NCBI GenBank assembly: GCA_004764695.1
Contig: SMSO01000032.1
Location: 1,674,001 to 1,738,000 of the forward strand
DNA from: Schizochytrium sp. TIO01
Taxonomy: Eukaryota; Protista; Bigyra: Labyrinthulomycetes
Direction of reading: 5' to 3'
Length of the DNA: 64,000 nucleotides
The notes beneath the pieces are model-generated. The model did no database searches. It saw only the letters and a list, made by a program, of their open reading frames with translations, and was not told the origin of the DNA. How positions within the stretch are numbered: position 1 is the stretch's first letter; the number at the start of each line of letters is the position of its first letter. The position numbers and the translations under genes are program-made. Below are positions 30,384 to 45,133 of this stretch, piece after piece.

Positions 30384-32222
30384 AGACAGCCATCTTTGCT
30401 GTATGCTTACCAGTGTACCCGCTGCCCCAAGATATGAAGGCCCTTGATAACCTTGCCAGCCTTTTGACCTTCATGACTGGGTGCGTTATCAGTCTAGTTT
30501 GAGCAGCTTTTTATCAGCAGCTTTTATCCCAAGGTTCGAGAATTGTGAGTTTCTGAACTTTGGATTATTAGTATGCCTTTTAATTCCTTGAACTCCTCAC
30601 ATACCAGACATCAGCGAATAGAGTTAGGTCCCTTTGTGCTGCTGTTTGCTGCAAATTTGTATTCATCCTATCATAATTTTTCCTCTTTCTGATTTTATTC
30701 GAAGTTTCTGAAAAGGGATGCTCTTTCCCAGATGATTGTTCCCATTGAAACTCCACAAATGAGGATCTGGTGAGAATCTTAAAATCTGTGTTAATCGTGA
30801 AGGCGAAAAACGATGTTTCAATGTAGCAAACATTAGCTTGTAACATTCCCGGAATAACCTTTGACAATCCACAGCAAACTAGACAACTAGAAGAAGAAAT
30901 AAGTACTTCGTTTTCTTTATCTTGGCTGCCTTCTGCTGAGCTATAGCTAGCCATTAATCCATGATGACTCAGAGCAGCAGGCAGGATTAGCACTTCCCAT
31001 CATACTAGAGAAGAACAGCAGAGATTAAATCAAGATTGATAAATTATATTCCAGGAAACGATACTCTTGCAGAGTAGCTTGTGCATTGAAGCGCGCAAAG
31101 GTAGTCTGACAAGGATGGCGAACTCAGGAGAAAGAGAAAAAGGATGATATTTGAGTTATTGAGGTTTCTGTTCAAGGTACAGGCAGGATGAATGTATCAT
31201 GTCAGCTCAACGGATAGGAGAGGGGGGATACCTAGATATTTAAACAGAGCTCCACACACAACAACTGCAGGATAAGAATACTTGAAGTTTGAAAATAAGG
31301 GATTCTTAAAATTTACAAGAAGGTAATGAGCACCAGTGAAAATATTAAACTAGTGTTGCGAACCTTAGCTCTTCTAGCTAGATGGCTGGTTCTATTGACA
31401 GCACGGCTTGATGCCAATGCTGATATTACCAATCAAATGTTCGTGTGGACAAGACAATACCAGAGTCGCTGGTACACCAACCTGTACGTCCAAAAGTATT
31501 GAGATTGTATATAATTATAATCAAGAACGTGGCAAGGTATGGGGCCAAGAGAACTCAAGAGTTACAGTGCACTACATAGTCAAGTGAATATGTAAGGGCA
31601 AACCAGAATCAGCGATTGAGTAAAAATGGTAGCGTAAACCCTTGAGTTCTGAGTATTACAGATGATAACTTGTCATAGTCTCCTTATCAAAGTCCGAACC
31701 AGCCCACCTCTCAGTGTTCATCTCTAAGGTCAGCATGTTGCTAACTCTGTAACCCAAAGTGTACAGTGCCTTTTAAAGTCTCATCATATATTTCCAAGTT
31801 CCTTGCCTTCATCTTTCTAGTCAGGCTCAGTCTACCTAGGGGTCAGATTTAAGTAGTCAATTCAATTCTAGATCAAGAAAAATAAATAAAGCACTTAAGG
31901 TAGAAGTACACATTACTGAGGCCAGATCTTTAGGACAAACTTTTGGCGGCTATAAACAGATCTTTCAACAAGAAGAAAAAATGAACCTTGATAATCTCTT
32001 GCTGATCTCTTCCTCCACTCATTAGAGCTGCACATCCCCTAGGCTAGTGCTTCAGGTCTTTTTTTATAGCGAGATTTTTCGGTCACACAAAAGTTTTCCG
32101 AAGAACGACTGTAATCTAGTACTCCTCTATTCAGTTCGTCACACTAAAATTAAAGTCGTGCAGACTCAAAATAGAAGTACAATATGTGTTTGGTTAAAAA
32201 GAAAAGAAATTAATACAAATGA

Positions 32223-33458
32223 TTAGTTATTTGCATTTTTAAAGCGATTGATAGAAATGAGCTTTCCGACACCTTGCTGGAAACGACGTTTGGCGTTGAA
32301 TTCCTTGAGCGTCTCAATAAGCTCCGTGTTGACTTCCGTAGAAGCAGAGTCGCCAATGATCCAAGGGTGTTGCAAGGCCTGTGTTGTAGTAAGCCTGCGG
32401 TCCGGGTTCTTTTGCAAAAGGCCTCTAACGAGGTCTTTTGCAGAGTCCGAAATACGGTCCCAATACGGAGAGGGGAAATCATAGGATGCAGCTTTAATAG
32501 CTTCAAACATCTCGGCGTCGTTCTCTGCATAGAAAGGAGGAAATCCACAAAGCAAAATGTAAATGATAACACCAACACTCCACATGTCTACCTGTTTCCC
32601 ATAACCCTGTAGAAGCAGAACTTCTGGCGCAACATAGCCTGGGGTACCGCATGCTGTGTGAAGAAGTTCGCCATTTGTGATAAACTTTGAAAGACCAAAG
32701 TCTGCAATTTTGATTTCTGCGTTCGCACTCCGATCTGTGTAAAGAAGATTTTCTGGCTTTAAATCTCGATGGACAATCCCCAAGCCGTGCAAGTATTCCA
32801 CAGCTCCGATAATACTGCGAGAAAGGTCTGACGCATCTTTCTCGCTAAAGGTTCCATTCTCCACAATTCGATCGAAAAGCTCACCACCATCGAGAACGTC
32901 CATGATAAGATAGAGCTTCTTACGGGTCTCAAAGATCTCCTTCATATTAATTACGTTCTTGTGGTCTACCTGCTTCAGAATAGAAATCTCGGTGAGTAAT
33001 GCTTCTCTGTTTTCCTGAAGTGTGGCTTTGTCAATGATTTTGATTGCGTACATCTGTCCAGTGCTCTTTAGCACGCCCAGTTTTACAGTTGCAAAAGTTC
33101 CAGCGCCGAGTTCACGCTTGATATCGTATAAATCTCGGATTGTCATTTTGCTTGCTTGAGTAATAGCTGCAATCCACTCAGCACGTTCATCGTCGTCTTC
33201 CGTGCGTAGAAGGTACGACCTGCTGCATGCAATCAGTTCAAACACATTATCACAGTCAACCTTGTTGCCTTTTTCCATCGCACTGACCGTACAACCTTCT
33301 AAAGGAATAACACCGTCTGGTCTTACATCACCTTCTTTCTTGAAATAATGCATAAAGTTGTCCTTAATGACAAAGTAGCGACCTTTCCATTCCTTGCCCT
33401 TATGACCGAGAGCCATAAGAATACCGCGCTGGCCGTCATCTCCATGAAGCCTCCCCAT
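32223..33458 (-). CDS. PH-domain calcium/calmodulin-dependent protein kinase (CaMK1-like)
   Basis: N-terminal PH domain (WKGRYFVI...GVIPL...EWIAAI); kinase motifs GAGTFA, AIK, HRDLKPEN, DFG, TACGTPGYVAPE, DMWSVG; C-terminal calmodulin-binding-like segment FNAKRRFQ. Confidence 0.95.
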   Translation of the reverse strand: MGRLHGDDGQRGILMALGHKGKEWKGRYFVIKDNFMHYFKKEGDVRPDGVIPLEGCTVSAMEKGNKVDCDNVFELIACSRSYLLRTEDDDERAEWIAAITQASKMTIRDLYDIKRELGAGTFATVKLGVLKSTGQMYAIKIIDKATLQENREALLTEISILKQVDHKNVINMKEIFETRKKLYLIMDVLDGGELFDRIVENGTFSEKDASDLSRSIIGAVEYLHGLGIVHRDLKPENLLYTDRSANAEIKIADFGLSKFITNGELLHTACGTPGYVAPEVLLLQGYGKQVDMWSVGVIIYILLCGFPPFYAENDAEMFEAIKAASYDFPSPYWDRISDSAKDLVRGLLQKNPDRRLTTTQALQHPWIIGDSASTEVNTELIETLKEFNAKRRFQQGVGKLISINRFKNANN

Positions 33459-36400
33459 TATTGTAGTGTCAACACAGAGCTAAAACAAGAGTTCCCGAGT
33501 TTTGTTTGTTGCAGTACAAAGTAATAAATTGAGCCACGGGGGAGATTCTCAAGTGTAGCGATTCAAAGTAAGAAGTAGGACTTCAAATCAGTTCTGAAGT
33601 GCTTGGTTTAGCAATAGAGTCTTTCAGCTTCTTTGTGAAGACCCAATTTGTTGTTTGAGACAATGCAGGGTCTTTGTTGATTGCAGCTTGGCTGTCAACA
33701 CTGTATAATAGCTTCCAGCCGTCTAGGCAATTCTGACTACGCCGTGATTCACCACGTTGCCCTCTCTAGGCTCGTTCGCGCAAGGTAAAATGTCAAAATA
33801 CTAAGTCTTGTACAAGTGGCCGCAACAAGGCAGCCGCTTGCACAGACGTGCTAGCACGGCTCCTGTGCAGATCGTAGTTGTCAGAGTGCCCGGCACTGCG
33901 AACGAGGAATGCCCTCGTTTACTATTCACGTGTTTGTTCAATGCAAACCTATCAAGAATAGGGAACAGCTGTTATCGATTCTCCACAGGGAACACTGCTT
34001 TGGTAGTACACACCTTTGAGATATGCAGAGAAAGTCTGAACTTATTTGTAGTCTAGTGCAGTCACGAATTTTCTCTAACGAAGGCCCTACTTGATAGTGA
34101 ACTCATTCAAGCGTCATGTATCCAAACGCTTTTCGAAAAAGGGGATTCTGGAGACTGCATTCTTTCTTATTTAAGCACCATTTAGTGAGGGGTATGTTTA
34201 TAGGTCTTGGAAAAGAGTCAATGTTCCTGTTAGGACGCGCTGCTTCTTGTCATTTCAGATTCCATCGCACCAGCTATAAATCCGTTGGGGTTGTTATGCT
34301 TACCATCCTCGATCTCGTTGTGTGCGCACCCTGGTGTGCACCATATTTTTTGTTAGCATAAAAGGTAGTAATATCTGTTAGGACCTGGACGTAAGTTGTA
34401 GTGAGCTACCTAGCCTCCTTTGCAACGAACAATTAGCAGTGTAGACTATCATATGTCTGAAATTATAGCCTTTGACAGATTTAGTTTCGCTTTCTATGGT
34501 CCCAGAATACATAAGTATCCTTAATCGAGAAACAAATGGATTAGGTGTCCTTTCCTTGCAAAGGCGATTTCTATCATGGTATCAATATATCAGTACCAAA
34601 TGTTCTTATATGACAGAAAACGAACCCACGTATACAGGATGGATTCTCTTTGATGGCTACCTAGGTTTATATATAAGGTAATTAAAGCCTACTATAATTC
34701 TCACTTGTCCAACATTTGTTCCTTTATTCTGTGCTATCTCACAAGGTTCATCCTATCTGGCTAAAATCGAGGGCACTCAGATATGAGTACTTTTGCTGCA
34801 CTATTTGATTCTCAGCAACCTGTAGAACGTTCTAGCAGGTGAACTTGCTGTATCTTCAAGAGAGTACCTCCTTGCTATATGATAGGCCTGCGGTTCTACT
34901 AAATGCGTGAAAGCCCAGATGCCATGCGTGACAACATATTTATCTTGCGCATATGAAGAGAATATTGTTGACGAATAATGATTCTTTTTTATTAATAAAA
35001 TATTATAACACTTTCTCATCCCATCGCATGAGCTGCTGACCTGATATGATGCCACCATGTGGTGAACTTTCAAAAATCCCAACTTTAAATACCATTTGCT
35101 TGAATCTAATAGATAGTTGGTAGAAGCCAAATGCAAATTACGCAAGAGTCTTTTGTTGCTTTTTGCATTTGTAATCAGCCGTAGCGCAAGCAATACTGCA
35201 ACAAAGATTAGAACGCAATTCTAGTTATGGGAACTACAGAAGATTAAATGGAAGCTCTTCAGCCATAACCTCGCTTGACGAATGGAGTTTCTCTCCATTG
35301 TGCCAACAAACTTTACTCAACCCCCTGCACCAAAAATCAACCATTGCTATGTAAAGTTATGTTTTTGTTTCTTTTGTTTTTTAAAGTCATGATTGCACAA
35401 TCGATGGACAATCCAGTCGAGCTGCAAACCTTGTTTTCCAAAGCGATGTTGCCTCGTAGAGCTAGCTAGCTGGTTGTGCCCACCTTTTGCATAAGGAATG
35501 TCCATCTCCAATGTTAGACAGCTTATCATCATCCTATTTCCATCTCCCCGGCGAGAAATAATAATCGCCGCTTTCATCGCAGTATTCCGGGCTATCCAGC
35601 CCAGAAGCAGGCAGTCTCGTCCAACATCGTTGCCCAAGCTCTTGCTAAGCCCTAGGCAGTACTTCTAAACATCGCTTCTCGATCTACAAGACAACCTAAG
35701 GTGCGTGCGTCCTACTACCACCACATCGTGAAAAGGAAAACCAGACCTCGAAAGGGGAACTTTGAAGTATGAAAAGAAACAAAAAGGAAACAAAAAAGAA
35801 AAGAAAAACGGGTGGATAGCGAGCGGTTGCGAGCAGGAACGAACAGATTCGAGCAGGTGTCGTGTCATGATAAGGCGCACTTACCTAACTACGTATTAGA
35901 ATAAGTGTCCGCGTCGATGGGGCACGGGAAAGCATGCATCTTGGCGGTCCTGGGGCCTCTTGTCTGAGTAATTAGCAAAAAAAGCAGAGGCCGCCAAATA
36001 AATGTGAGTATGAAGGTGAGCGAGTAGCTAGATAGTAGCTAGGTTCAACTTAACACATTATTTGTACAAAGCTTTCTTCATTCTCGCAGGCAAAAAGAAA
36101 ACCAAGAAAGAGAAGTAACTTGCGCAAATACAGATATACAGACAACTTATTATTCTATTATTTTTATTATATTGAATTAAAATAATTTTATTTTATCTTA
36201 TTTTATCTTATGTTTTAGACCACATAACACTAAGAGACTAAACGAAGCAAAAGCAATTCAAGACATTGAAAACACACAGATCTCTACGCATTCACGGCCG
36301 CTTTGGCAGCGCTTATTGGGCCTGCACAATGATAATAAGAGGCGACGATGGCGATGTTGTCACAGAAAGTCAGTCAGTGGCCACGTCAGGAAAGCGCTGT

Positions 36401-36595
36401 GATCTTCTCCCGTGGCTGGCTGTTTCCAACTACTCAATCAATCAATCAATTAATCAATCAATCAATCAATCAACTAAATTAATTACTAATTGATCGATTG
36501 ATTAATAATTAATTGATTACCTACCTGGTCAGGGACCTTCAGAGTTCTGCGTTCTCGAGGCGCCTGTAAAGCTTTTGGAGACAGACGCAGAGCAT

Positions 36596-36731
36596 CATCA
36601 TTCATTCATTCCTCAATCATTCATTCATTCACTCCTCAATCATTCAATCATTCACTCCTCAATCATTCAATCATTCATTCATTCATTCATTCATTCATTC
36701 CTCAATCATTCATTCATTCATTCCTCAATCA
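36596..36731. repeat. Composite (CATT)n / CCTCAATCATT minisatellite
   Basis: CATT runs interrupted by repeated cctcaatcatt units. Confidence 0.85.
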
Positions 36732-37005
36732 TTTGGGAGGGAACACGGCCGGGGAGGGGGGCTTACAACAAGGCTGTGGCGGTGACGAACACGGCTGAGA
36801 ACAGCAGATGGAACTAACATGGACACGCGGACAAAGCAAGCGGCTTTTGGAACCCTGAAGGCTGCGCATCTGCCAACCAACTGTAAATCGCTGACGGCGC
36901 CGCAGATCTCTCGCTGTGCCACCTCTAACTCTGCCATCAACGATGAATCCTCGCTCGCCTTGCGCAGTCCCGGTACAGCAACTAATTCGAAAATAGCTTG
37001 ATTGC

Positions 37006-37038
<33 letters not shown>

Positions 37039-37852
37039 TGTTTATTTTATTATTAATGTATAATAAAACACTCTAAATAAGTGTGCTTGGTTCATCGTTG
37101 TTATCAGCGCTAATCTACTTTTTCTTTTCTTTTCCTTTCAAGATGATAAATAAATAAATATGCTTAGGTAAGATGCCATAGCAGAAAGCAGCAGCGAGCA
37201 AACAAGGGTAGAGCGCAGAAGCAGTGCGGCTCATCATTCCAATAGTTGTGGCTGCGAGTGCTTGTTTTAGCTTGATCCAATCTCAATACAACAGCAGTGC
37301 TGAGGCGGAGGCAGAGGCGGAGGGAGAAGCAAGCAAGCAAGCAAGCAAGCAAGAAAACCCATCTCAGGACCTGCCTGTAGAGCCTGTCTGTGTTTTCGGG
37401 TCATGGCAGTGCTCCTCTTTTGTCTTTTGTCTTTTCTCTTTTGGAGGTTCCACTGATGAAAGCTTTCTTTAACTTCGCGTTTAGCATTCCTTCTACTCTG
37501 CACGGCGATGAAATATCAATGCTTCTTTAACTAACGCACAGGTTATATATGGTTGAGAGAAGGGAAAGGATCTCTCAATGAATCGATGAATCTCTCGATG
37601 GATCATCGTGGTTCCTCAAAGTCGTTGTCGTCAGTCGTAGGAAAGTCTATAGTCCGGCTCCACGTGTCGCGTGCTGGCATGCTCCTGGCGGCTGCAAGTC
37701 GTTCGACGAGTTTCTTCAAAGTTACAGGCCGTGTTTTCTTATGAGCGAGCAGGCGAGCAAAAAAAAATAAGTATAACAAAAAATACTAACAATTTTTTAT
37801 TTGATCTTCTTTACAAACACATTATGAGAAAAGAGCCTCCAAGTGTAGATAG

Positions 37853-37854
<2 letters not shown>

Positions 37855-37893
<39 letters not shown>

Positions 37894-37950
37894 TTTCATA
37901 ATGAAAGAATAAGTAGAAGCATGTTTGTTTGTTTGTTTGTTTGTTTGTTT
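37855..37950. repeat. (CTTT)n followed by (TTTG)n microsatellites
   Basis: Read directly from sequence. Confidence 0.9.
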
Positions 37951-38973
37951 TTGTTTTCTCGAGGAATGAGCTCACTATCTAATGATTTTCAGCACTTTTC
38001 ACGCTGTAAAACATGCTATGTAGTATGTACCCATCTTAAAAACCGGACCACGGGCAGCAGCAGCATTCAAGACTACGAAAAACAAAGAAAGAAGTGAGAT
38101 CGAGGCGCTCGGTAGGACGCATGCCCTCAGAGTGCTGTCAGAGCAGGCAGCGTCTCGCTCATTTCACCTAGGCAGAGTCTGTCTAGCGAGCTGCTTTGCA
38201 CAGCTTGCTTCTTTGCTTGGCCACTTGCCGTGTTTTATCAAACAATCAAACTTCTTCAGAGTTTGCACTAAAAGTGCGCGAGAGGAGGATATCATATGCG
38301 CATCACCGCTGCTTTTCACAGCGATATTCTCAGAGACGGAGGAAGATTGAGCTCCACTTTTCAGACTTTTCAGACTTTTCAGATGCTAGGCGGACTTATC
38401 AGCTAATTAATTAATCCTCAATGGGCGAACAGATAGAGCTCGTGCTTTGCTTTGCTTTGCTTTGCTTTGCTTTGCTTTGCTTTGCTTCCGCATTTACATG
38501 TGCGCATAGATTGCTGCGTTTGGCAAAATAAGATTAACGTGTACATCGATATCGCCAAGAAAGAATCAAGCTTGACACCGCAGCGGCTCAATGGTCAGGT
38601 GGAAGTCAATCGGTGCCGAAGATGCACGTGGTCCACGCTCAGGAGCTCGCGATGGAAAAGCTGCCATCGCGAACCATCTCATTTCGCCAAAGCTAACTCC
38701 AACTCGACCTCGATCTCTTATAAGTTGCTAGGCCAGTCGGTTGTCTGATAAAAGAGACAGACCTGCCGCTCTTAGTAAAGTACCTATCGCGACCCCTATT
38801 GTCTATCCCTAGCTAGCTACCAGGAAAGTAAGCCGGGAAGAGATTGAGATAAAGAAAGACCCAGTAGAATCTACCTACCTGTCTGTAGCCAGGCGAAAAG
38901 GTACTAGTGGCTAGCTGCGAGTAAAGGCGCCTAGGCAGTCTTAGCAGAAAGAGTTGCAGTCGATAATCTTCTC

Positions 38974-39462
<489 letters not shown>

Positions 39463-40994
39463 TCGTTGAGTCGTTCTCTCTTTCTGCCGAGAGCCCCCAA
39501 ACTCGATGGGTCTTTGTCTTGGAGGTCCATCCCTTCGAATGGCAGACAGTGCTTTCTTTGCCAAAGGGTCATGCATCATCTTAGCGAGTGAGTAGAGTAG
39601 CGAGTGAGTAGTGAGTGGCCAGAGAGAGAGAGCTACACATCGAGGGGCGAAACCACAACGCGCATATTTCTTTTTACTTTGGAGCTCTCAGAATGGTAGT
39701 AGACTCAATGGCATCCTGGCGCTACGCTGGCTATCCCTGCGAGTCTTGAGAGAAATAGATCTTCACATAATCAGATAGAACTTTCAGCTAAATTAAAGTA
39801 TTTTCTCTCTGTATTGTTTTCAGTTTTCAGTTTTGTTGATTAAATATTTATTTTATCTTTGTATTTTATTTTGTTTTAAATCTTAAATTTTGAGTGAAAA
39901 GATTTTTTCATTTTTTATTTTTTTAAGTACGACTGATTTATTTGAAATAACATGAAGGCAGCACGAACTTGATCTTATATAAATTACAATGTTTAGAGAA
40001 GAAGAGAAGCGTACACCATTATAGCTATCTTTTGACGATACCTACCGTGACCCCCGCCTTCCACGCTAAATAAGTAAACGAATAAACAAATAAATCAGAA
40101 GCCTTTGCGCTTATCAGCAGTGCCTGGTAACTGTTTTTCTTTAAGTTGAAAATAAGCAGAGATGCCTGCTGCTTTTGCCATAGTGTACTGTAATTGAAAA
40201 CAAATTGACGTGGGGTTCGCCATCAGGCGGAAGGTTTCCCTGCGCAGTTCGATCGAAGCGAAGCTCTCAAACGCAGCGCGTCGACCGGTCTTGTCTTGCC
40301 TCCGCAAAGATCTCAAGCTCAAGCTCAGCCAGTCAAGCATAATCACAAGCACCAACAAACGAGAGAAATCCAAGTCTGTTGGTGTCTCTGTGGCAACGGT
40401 GCTTTATCCTGTGAGTGGCCTGGAGAGCCGGGACATCGCACAGGGGTACCTATGCGCCATAGCAGATCCCTACCTGCCTGGTCCGGAGGCACTTTACCTG
40501 CCTGTATCTTATTGACAAGAAAGAAAGAAAGAAAGAAACAATGAATGAATGGAAAGTACGATGGCCCTTCGATCTACTGATGGTCGACTCTGTGAAACTC
40601 GTTTACATCGGGTCCGGTGGAGGGGAACTTTTCACTGTCAAGGACTTCTATGATGATTCGTCAAGACATGGGAAAAGCTTCGAGGCTGTCCGGGGTCTTA
40701 ATTATAAAAGTAGACCCCGGTCGATCTTTGCCAACATCATGAGCGCTCTTTATTTACTTTATTTCAAATTGAAACTAAACTTTTATTTTTCCTGCATTTT
40801 ATTTTTTAATTGTAACATTCCTTCCTCTGCAGTCCTTGAGTGCGCAAAGCTTTGTCGATCGAGGCTTCTTTTATTGGACACTGGGGAGCTCGTTAAGAAT
40901 CAACAGCGTCGGATTTTATGCAATAGGAGTGCGTTGACTTGGTTCTCGCATCTTGAAAAGACATATGAAAGAAGTTGTCAATGGTCTCATGTTG

Positions 40995-41026
<32 letters not shown>

Positions 41027-43294
41027 GTTTTACAGAAGATTACAATTTTGCGAGCGTAAGAATGAGCAACAGGAAAGAAAAGTCCTTGTTGAATAAAAAT
41101 AAACAATCCTATTATGGTTGGGATGCAGTAGAGAAATGTAAAGTAAAAACAGTTGATAGATTGACTTCTTTCGCCGCGAAATTAAATTGCACCCCTGCAA
41201 AGCTATCGTAAACATAGAAGTAACTGTTGCAACCTTTGAGCGTGTGAAGAGGAGGGAGGCATGGTCAGGGCAGTAGCTCTTCTATAAAGCGTTAAGCATA
41301 GCTCAGGCAGAGTAAGAGAACTTAGATCGTGTGTGTCCACACTACTGACCAGCACCGACTAGCATTGCAATTCTTTTGACGCATTCTACCCAGTACTGGT
41401 AAGAAAATATCGCGCGTTTCCATAAAAATGACCCCTCCCCCCTCAGCAATGATCTACCCATGAACTAATATATCAATACTATCTTTCCAATCCTGATATG
41501 TCACAGACATAGCATGCTAGTGAACAGTTGCGAGACCAAAAACCTTGAAAGTGGTTTTCCCACTGCAGACTTGGGATAGCAATGCATTGACTCTTATCCA
41601 AGAAAATTACGTTTGCAATATGCAGCACTCTATGCCCACCAAGTAAAGTAGATCTCGTGTGGGCCAAATGATGAGCGAGCACTCGCACTCACATTTGAGC
41701 TCAACCTTAGTATATTAATTCTCAACACAGCAACATTCAATGTCCTTGAGAAGGAATTTCGATAGATACCTACCTACCTACTAGAGAGAAAACGCCATTC
41801 CTTTCGATCGAATTTCAAACAAATGAACACATATCTTTTCATCTAAATCCCTACCGCAGAAGTGTTGGTCTAAACCTATGTAAGGGTGATGAAAAATGTT
41901 AAGAAGATTTACATAACAGTCTCTATACATTACGGTACAACATCTCACGCTTTTAATTGTCAAATTGTGCATGTGCTTAATGTATCTTTAAACACTGTTA
42001 CCGCGTTACCTGAAAGCACATTTTTTTTCTTTAGACTGTACGTGCCTAGTCTCAAGAGACTACACGAGCGGCGCCTCTTTCTTACAATAGTAAAGAACGC
42101 AGTAGTGTATGTTTAAGAACCCTAGTGTTGTGTGTTGTTCAATCTATAAGCCAAAGATGAAACAGGCGCCATGTAGAAAAATGCGATTAAATATATATAT
42201 AATCTCACAAGTTGAGAAGACTCGAGAGAAGCAAAATTTGAACCGCTCGTTTGACAAACACATCTTCTCCATATGCCCGAAAGAACGAGTATCTCTGAGT
42301 GGTTGATTTCAGATTGCTTGTAGTCACTAAGTCAACTTTGCGAGAAGTAAAGACTATCACCATCCTTCTGAAAGGATATTGGAAAAAGCAAAGCAACGCA
42401 ACGCAAAGAATATAATAATTTCATCCGGTGAGGGTATTCTCATGGCTACAATGGTCCCCGCAAAGTGCATCGAATGTATACTTATTATTCCCCGTATCAA
42501 CAACTTGAAAAACACAATGTCAGCTTATCTCGACGCCAGATTTGTATCGAGTTTCCGAGTTTAGCCAAGACGGGAGAGCACTCTTAGCAGCCGAAGCTTG
42601 AAGAGTTTGAACAAAAGAATCTAGAGTCTTCAACATGAGAACCCCTCAATTGATTGAAGGCAGTGAACTCATGATAGTCAGCTCGTTCGGGGACGCCAAG
42701 CACTTGATGCTTGAGATTCTGACGCTCAACAAGCAAAAAGAAAATGCTGAAAAAAAAATTGAAAGTAGACTCTTCAAGGTTTACCACAAAACCTGCACCA
42801 AATTCTTGAATCAAGACTTGATGAAAACACACGATGATTGGATTGGACAACTAGTCGAGTTTTGATACGTGGTACGAGTAGATCTTGTTACTTGCAATAT
42901 ACTGGACCTTCTTACCTTATTAACAAAAGGTGGGTATGTAGCAGAACTTTCAGTATCGTTTCAATGAAAACTAAGAAAAAAAAAAAGATAGGCCGAATTT
43001 AAAAGAAAAGAAAAGAATGAGGACTTTTGGAAATTAAGTAAAAGACAAACGCCAAAGGACATTTGGGAACTTAGTGCCATCTTCGTACCTCCAAGAGAAC
43101 GAAACATCTGCAGCAACCTGCGTCTCGCGGCGTCAGTTGCCACAGCAAAGCTCTCTGATTATACCCCGCTCAAAGAACCGTGCGGCAACCAAGCTGCGTC
43201 GTCACCACCCCCGCTGGCAGTGCAGAAAAACAATCACGAGGTGTGGTTTCTGAAAATAACGAACTCCAAATTTTAACTTAAAGAGATTGCAAGA

Positions 43295-43339
<45 letters not shown>
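43295..43339. repeat. (TATC)11 = (GATA)n microsatellite
   Basis: Read directly from sequence. Confidence 0.95.
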
Positions 43340-45074
43340 GACGGAAAAGCCGAGTGAGGGCGTTAATCGCCTATTAGCTTAATTGCTGCCACTCATAGGA
43401 AAGACCCCCCAACTTTGAAATAATTACTTGCATGTAACAAATTGTTTAATTTTCCTTTTCCTTTTTGGAACCTTCTTGATTTAGGTGTTTTAATTTTCAG
43501 TTTTCATAAGTTGCTTCTTCATCTTGTTTTAAAAATTAAAATACGAAATAATACCTATTAGTAACATTAAACAATAAGTGTCGAAAAATAAGTAACAGAG
43601 AATAACAGATTTTAGAGGTAACAAGGAGTATATTAGCAAATAGTAGCAGCTGGCACTACCTAAAGTTGCCACTGCGTGTGCGAACGAGCCTCCTTTGTCC
43701 AGAGCGGGCAAACAAACAAAAGGCAGAGCTGGCGATCCTGCTAATTGGTGACGGCGACAAGGAAAACTGAGATCAAACTCGATGGAGATTCTCGACCTCC
43801 CAACTCACGGCCGTCCAACACGTGTTCGTCTTGATCACGTCAGCGCCAAGAGTCATCCATTCATTCATTTATCATCGAACCAGCAGCCTCAGGAGTCAAA
43901 AGCAAACGCAGGTTGCTAGAACTTGCTCGACTTGCCTGCAAATCGTCCACGGCGCCGAAGCGGAAGACTCAGTCAGTCAGTCAGTCAGACAGCTCAGCTC
44001 AACTCAACTCAACTCAATTCGTACAGTGAGCCAGCCTGAAGAAAGAGACTAGTCATCTCAAGTTGCACAGTTATTGATACTCTAGAGCTAGAAGAAGCCA
44101 GCCAGGCACCAAATCATCGCCATTTTATGAGTTGTTTGATTGATTCACGAAAGAGATCGCCAGCAGAAGATAACAAACTAATTTACAACAAAAACAAAAA
44201 CACAGGCACCGATCGAGCCAGCAAAACGGTGCTTTGCTGCATGCATACTTTGGACAAGTTCGAGGACATCTTTGGTCAGCACGGAATAAACACACCAAAG
44301 CACAGCAGCAGCAGCAAAACACACCAAAGCACAGCCGCAAAGTTCTCCGACCACTTCTTCGTTGGATTTCCCTCCCGAGATCATCCAAAGCCAACTCGCT
44401 CAACTGCTCTGCTGCATACTCCATAAATACATACATACATACGTACATACAAACATACATACATACAAACAACAAAGCTGTTCCAACTCCGCAATTCACT
44501 CACACACACACACACACTCCAAACCCTTTAAGCTCAGTCCCTCACACCCTTCTAGCCTCCGCCTACCGGAATCCCTACCCGTGCCCGGCGCTCTTCTACC
44601 ATCTTCCCAGCGAGCCTATGGATCGCCTGCTTGCGCCGGCGCTTCGGACGCGTTGGCGGAAATTGCGTCCAAGTCCAGGCGTCTCTCCGAGAGTCGCCTG
44701 GGTTTTCCGGCCTGCCGACGCAGCCGGACGGCCCACGTGCCGCCTCGCCTGAGATAGACAGCCTGCCTGCTCGAGGCTCGCGAGCTCTCGATAGCTTCTT
44801 GAGGGCTTGAGAGCTTGCTTGCTTGCATGCTTGGCTGCCAAGATGGCGCCAATCGTTCTCGCACTGACTCAGTGAGTGCGGGAGGAAAACACAGGCTCTG
44901 AGAGCAAACGAGATCATTTCTCCAACTTCTGTGACAGATTTCGAGTCGAAAAGATGTGTTTTCATCTCTCCGATGAGATGATGGCGCAGAGACACACAGA
45001 GAGGCAGGTCGGCCTACGAGTTGCTAGCAGGGCGAGGATGCCTCTGTGTCTGTCTCTATAGCTCTAGTTAGAGT

Positions 45075-45133
45075 GAATGTATGTATGTATGTATGTATGT
45101 ATGAATGAATGAATGAATGAATGAATGAATGAA
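45075..45133. repeat. Compound (GTAT)n-(GAAT)n microsatellite
   Basis: Read directly from sequence. Confidence 0.9.

Noticed and set aside
35671-35685. ATCGCTTCTCG resembling the 5' end of U2 snRNA (also at 45238)
   Set aside because: The match ends after 11 nt; no branch-pairing region or Sm site follows.
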